From Felis catus (Eukaryota), in assembly GCF_018350175.1 (NCBI RefSeq), contig NC_058378.1, positions 70,804,001 to 70,868,000 of the forward strand: a stretch of DNA of 64,000 bases. Reading direction: 5' to 3'. Of this stretch, positions 62,766 through 64,000 are shown in pieces (position 1 is the first letter of the stretch; every line of letters begins with the position of its first letter). A program made the position numbers and the translations under genes. Below the pieces are notes generated by a model. The model did not search any database, was not told the DNA's origin, and worked only from the letters and a program-made list of their open reading frames with translations.

Positions 62766-63473
62766 AAAAAAAAAAAAAAAACAATTCCTGCCCTGCTTAT
62801 CTGAAAGCCACCTGTGTCACAGCGCCTGTCACCCTCGAGACTTAAGGACGGAGACCCTAATAAAGAGACCAAATAAAGGATTCGTGTGGCACTGACTGAA
62901 AGGAGATGGTTTGTTCCAGTGCCCAGCTGTAGTTATTTCCTAAGAAAGGCAGCGGAAAGAAAACAGGCTAGAGAAGGAATTTTTTAAAGGATTGGACGAA
63001 GAGGAAAGAAAAACAAGCCAAAGATAATTATTGATTCAGAAAGAGATGGAAACACAGCCTAAGTGTTTGGTCTTCCAGGGAGATCATAAAATCTGCTCAG
63101 TTCCCGTGCATTTCAGCTCCTCTAAGAGAAGTATTATCAAATCCAAGGGCAGTAAATTTCAAATAACTGAGGGCACATTTGCTTGAGGTTGCGCTTGTTC
63201 TATTCGCTGGGAAGGAAGGAAAATTCCTCTCGTCACCTCTTCGGCCACCCACCTCTGCCAAGTCACAGGGGCCTGGCTTCTTCATCACATAGGACTTACC
63301 GAGATGATAAGTCCAAGCCCTGGAAGAAACTAGACGAACAAGGGTCCGAGTGGCATCTGCGTTCCTAAGAAGGTCCTCCTACCCATGCTCTAACACCCAC
63401 CCCCCATACCATTCTCCCAAGCCCTAGTCCTCCAGGGTGGTAAGTAAGCATCATCCTCTCCCTCTTTATCCTT

Positions 63474-63711
63474 CAGTGTTAACAGTTTGTGAAACTCTTT
63501 TTAAAATTGCAAGATGCAACCCACAAGTGTTGGCAAAACTCATTCAGTGGGTTGCAGTCGACTCTTCTTTAATGAGATAGAAAATAACACAGCACACTAC
63601 ACGTGGTAACGTTAAGTACCATTTTACGAAACTTTCGTTTTGGTTATTTATAGAGAGTAGGATGAATTTCTCACTGCGGGTCTCAGTCGAAAATATTCAA
63701 AAAGCTGACTT
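63474..63711. mobile_element. hAT-Charlie-like DNA transposon relic
   Basis: cagtg...gcaacccacaagtg...cagtgggttgcag...gaaactttcgtttt...ttctcactgcgggtctcagtcgaaaatattcaaaagc; subfamily not assigned. Confidence 0.55.
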
Positions 63712-64000
63712 GGAGGCCCGTGCAAGACTGGTTAAAACCTTCATGCTTGATTCCTTTTCATATCTACTACTGTACCTACCATAACACAAGGTCCATGAAA
63801 TACTTGTGCATGCATGGATGATGAAGTCGGGGACGGGGCGGGGGGGGATAGCTAGAGACAGGAAGTGCTTGCAGAGTAAGAAAGTAGATGCAGTAAGTGG
63901 CCAAAAAAAAAAAAAAAATGAGAGTGTCTTTGGGCGAATTTCTCTTGCTTTTGGAGAAAGTTGACTCATCCCAAACCTCTAGGACCTGGCCCATGGGGTT

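Noticed and set aside
62354-62872. 172-aa minus-strand ORF
   Set aside because: Runs through a T-run and a MIR; no protein signal.

Overview
This is mammalian non-coding DNA from a felid, judged by about 25 tRNA-derived Can-SINE copies of the SINEC_Fc type. It is an intergenic or intronic mosaic of SINEs, L1 and L2 LINE fragments, MIRs, MaLR/ERVL LTRs, one decayed ERV-L internal segment, hAT DNA-transposon relics, microsatellites and five N gaps. I can support no intact protein-coding gene, RNA gene or CRISPR array. The ORF track is explained by chance or by repeats; the only recognisable protein fragments are L1 ORF2 and a dead ERV-L integrase/dUTPase. The left ~5.5 kb looks like a promoter or alternative first-exon region, but I cannot name the gene. 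I found no convincing new biological system. The most interesting signals are retrotransposition events readable in the sequence: (1) a young SINE with a 30-nt 3' tag from antisense L1 between two poly(A) tails inside one TSD (53.1-53.4 kb); (2) two opposed SINEs fused with ~700 bp of host L1 missing (9.5-9.9 kb); (3) a 5'-inverted, twin-primed L1 (33.7-35.6 kb); (4) a fossil ERV-L dUTPase (13.7-13.9 kb); (5) a MER53 hairpin with a miR-1302-like arm (45.1 kb). Repeat subfamily names come from recalled consensus sequences, not a search, and boundaries of old repeats are approximate.
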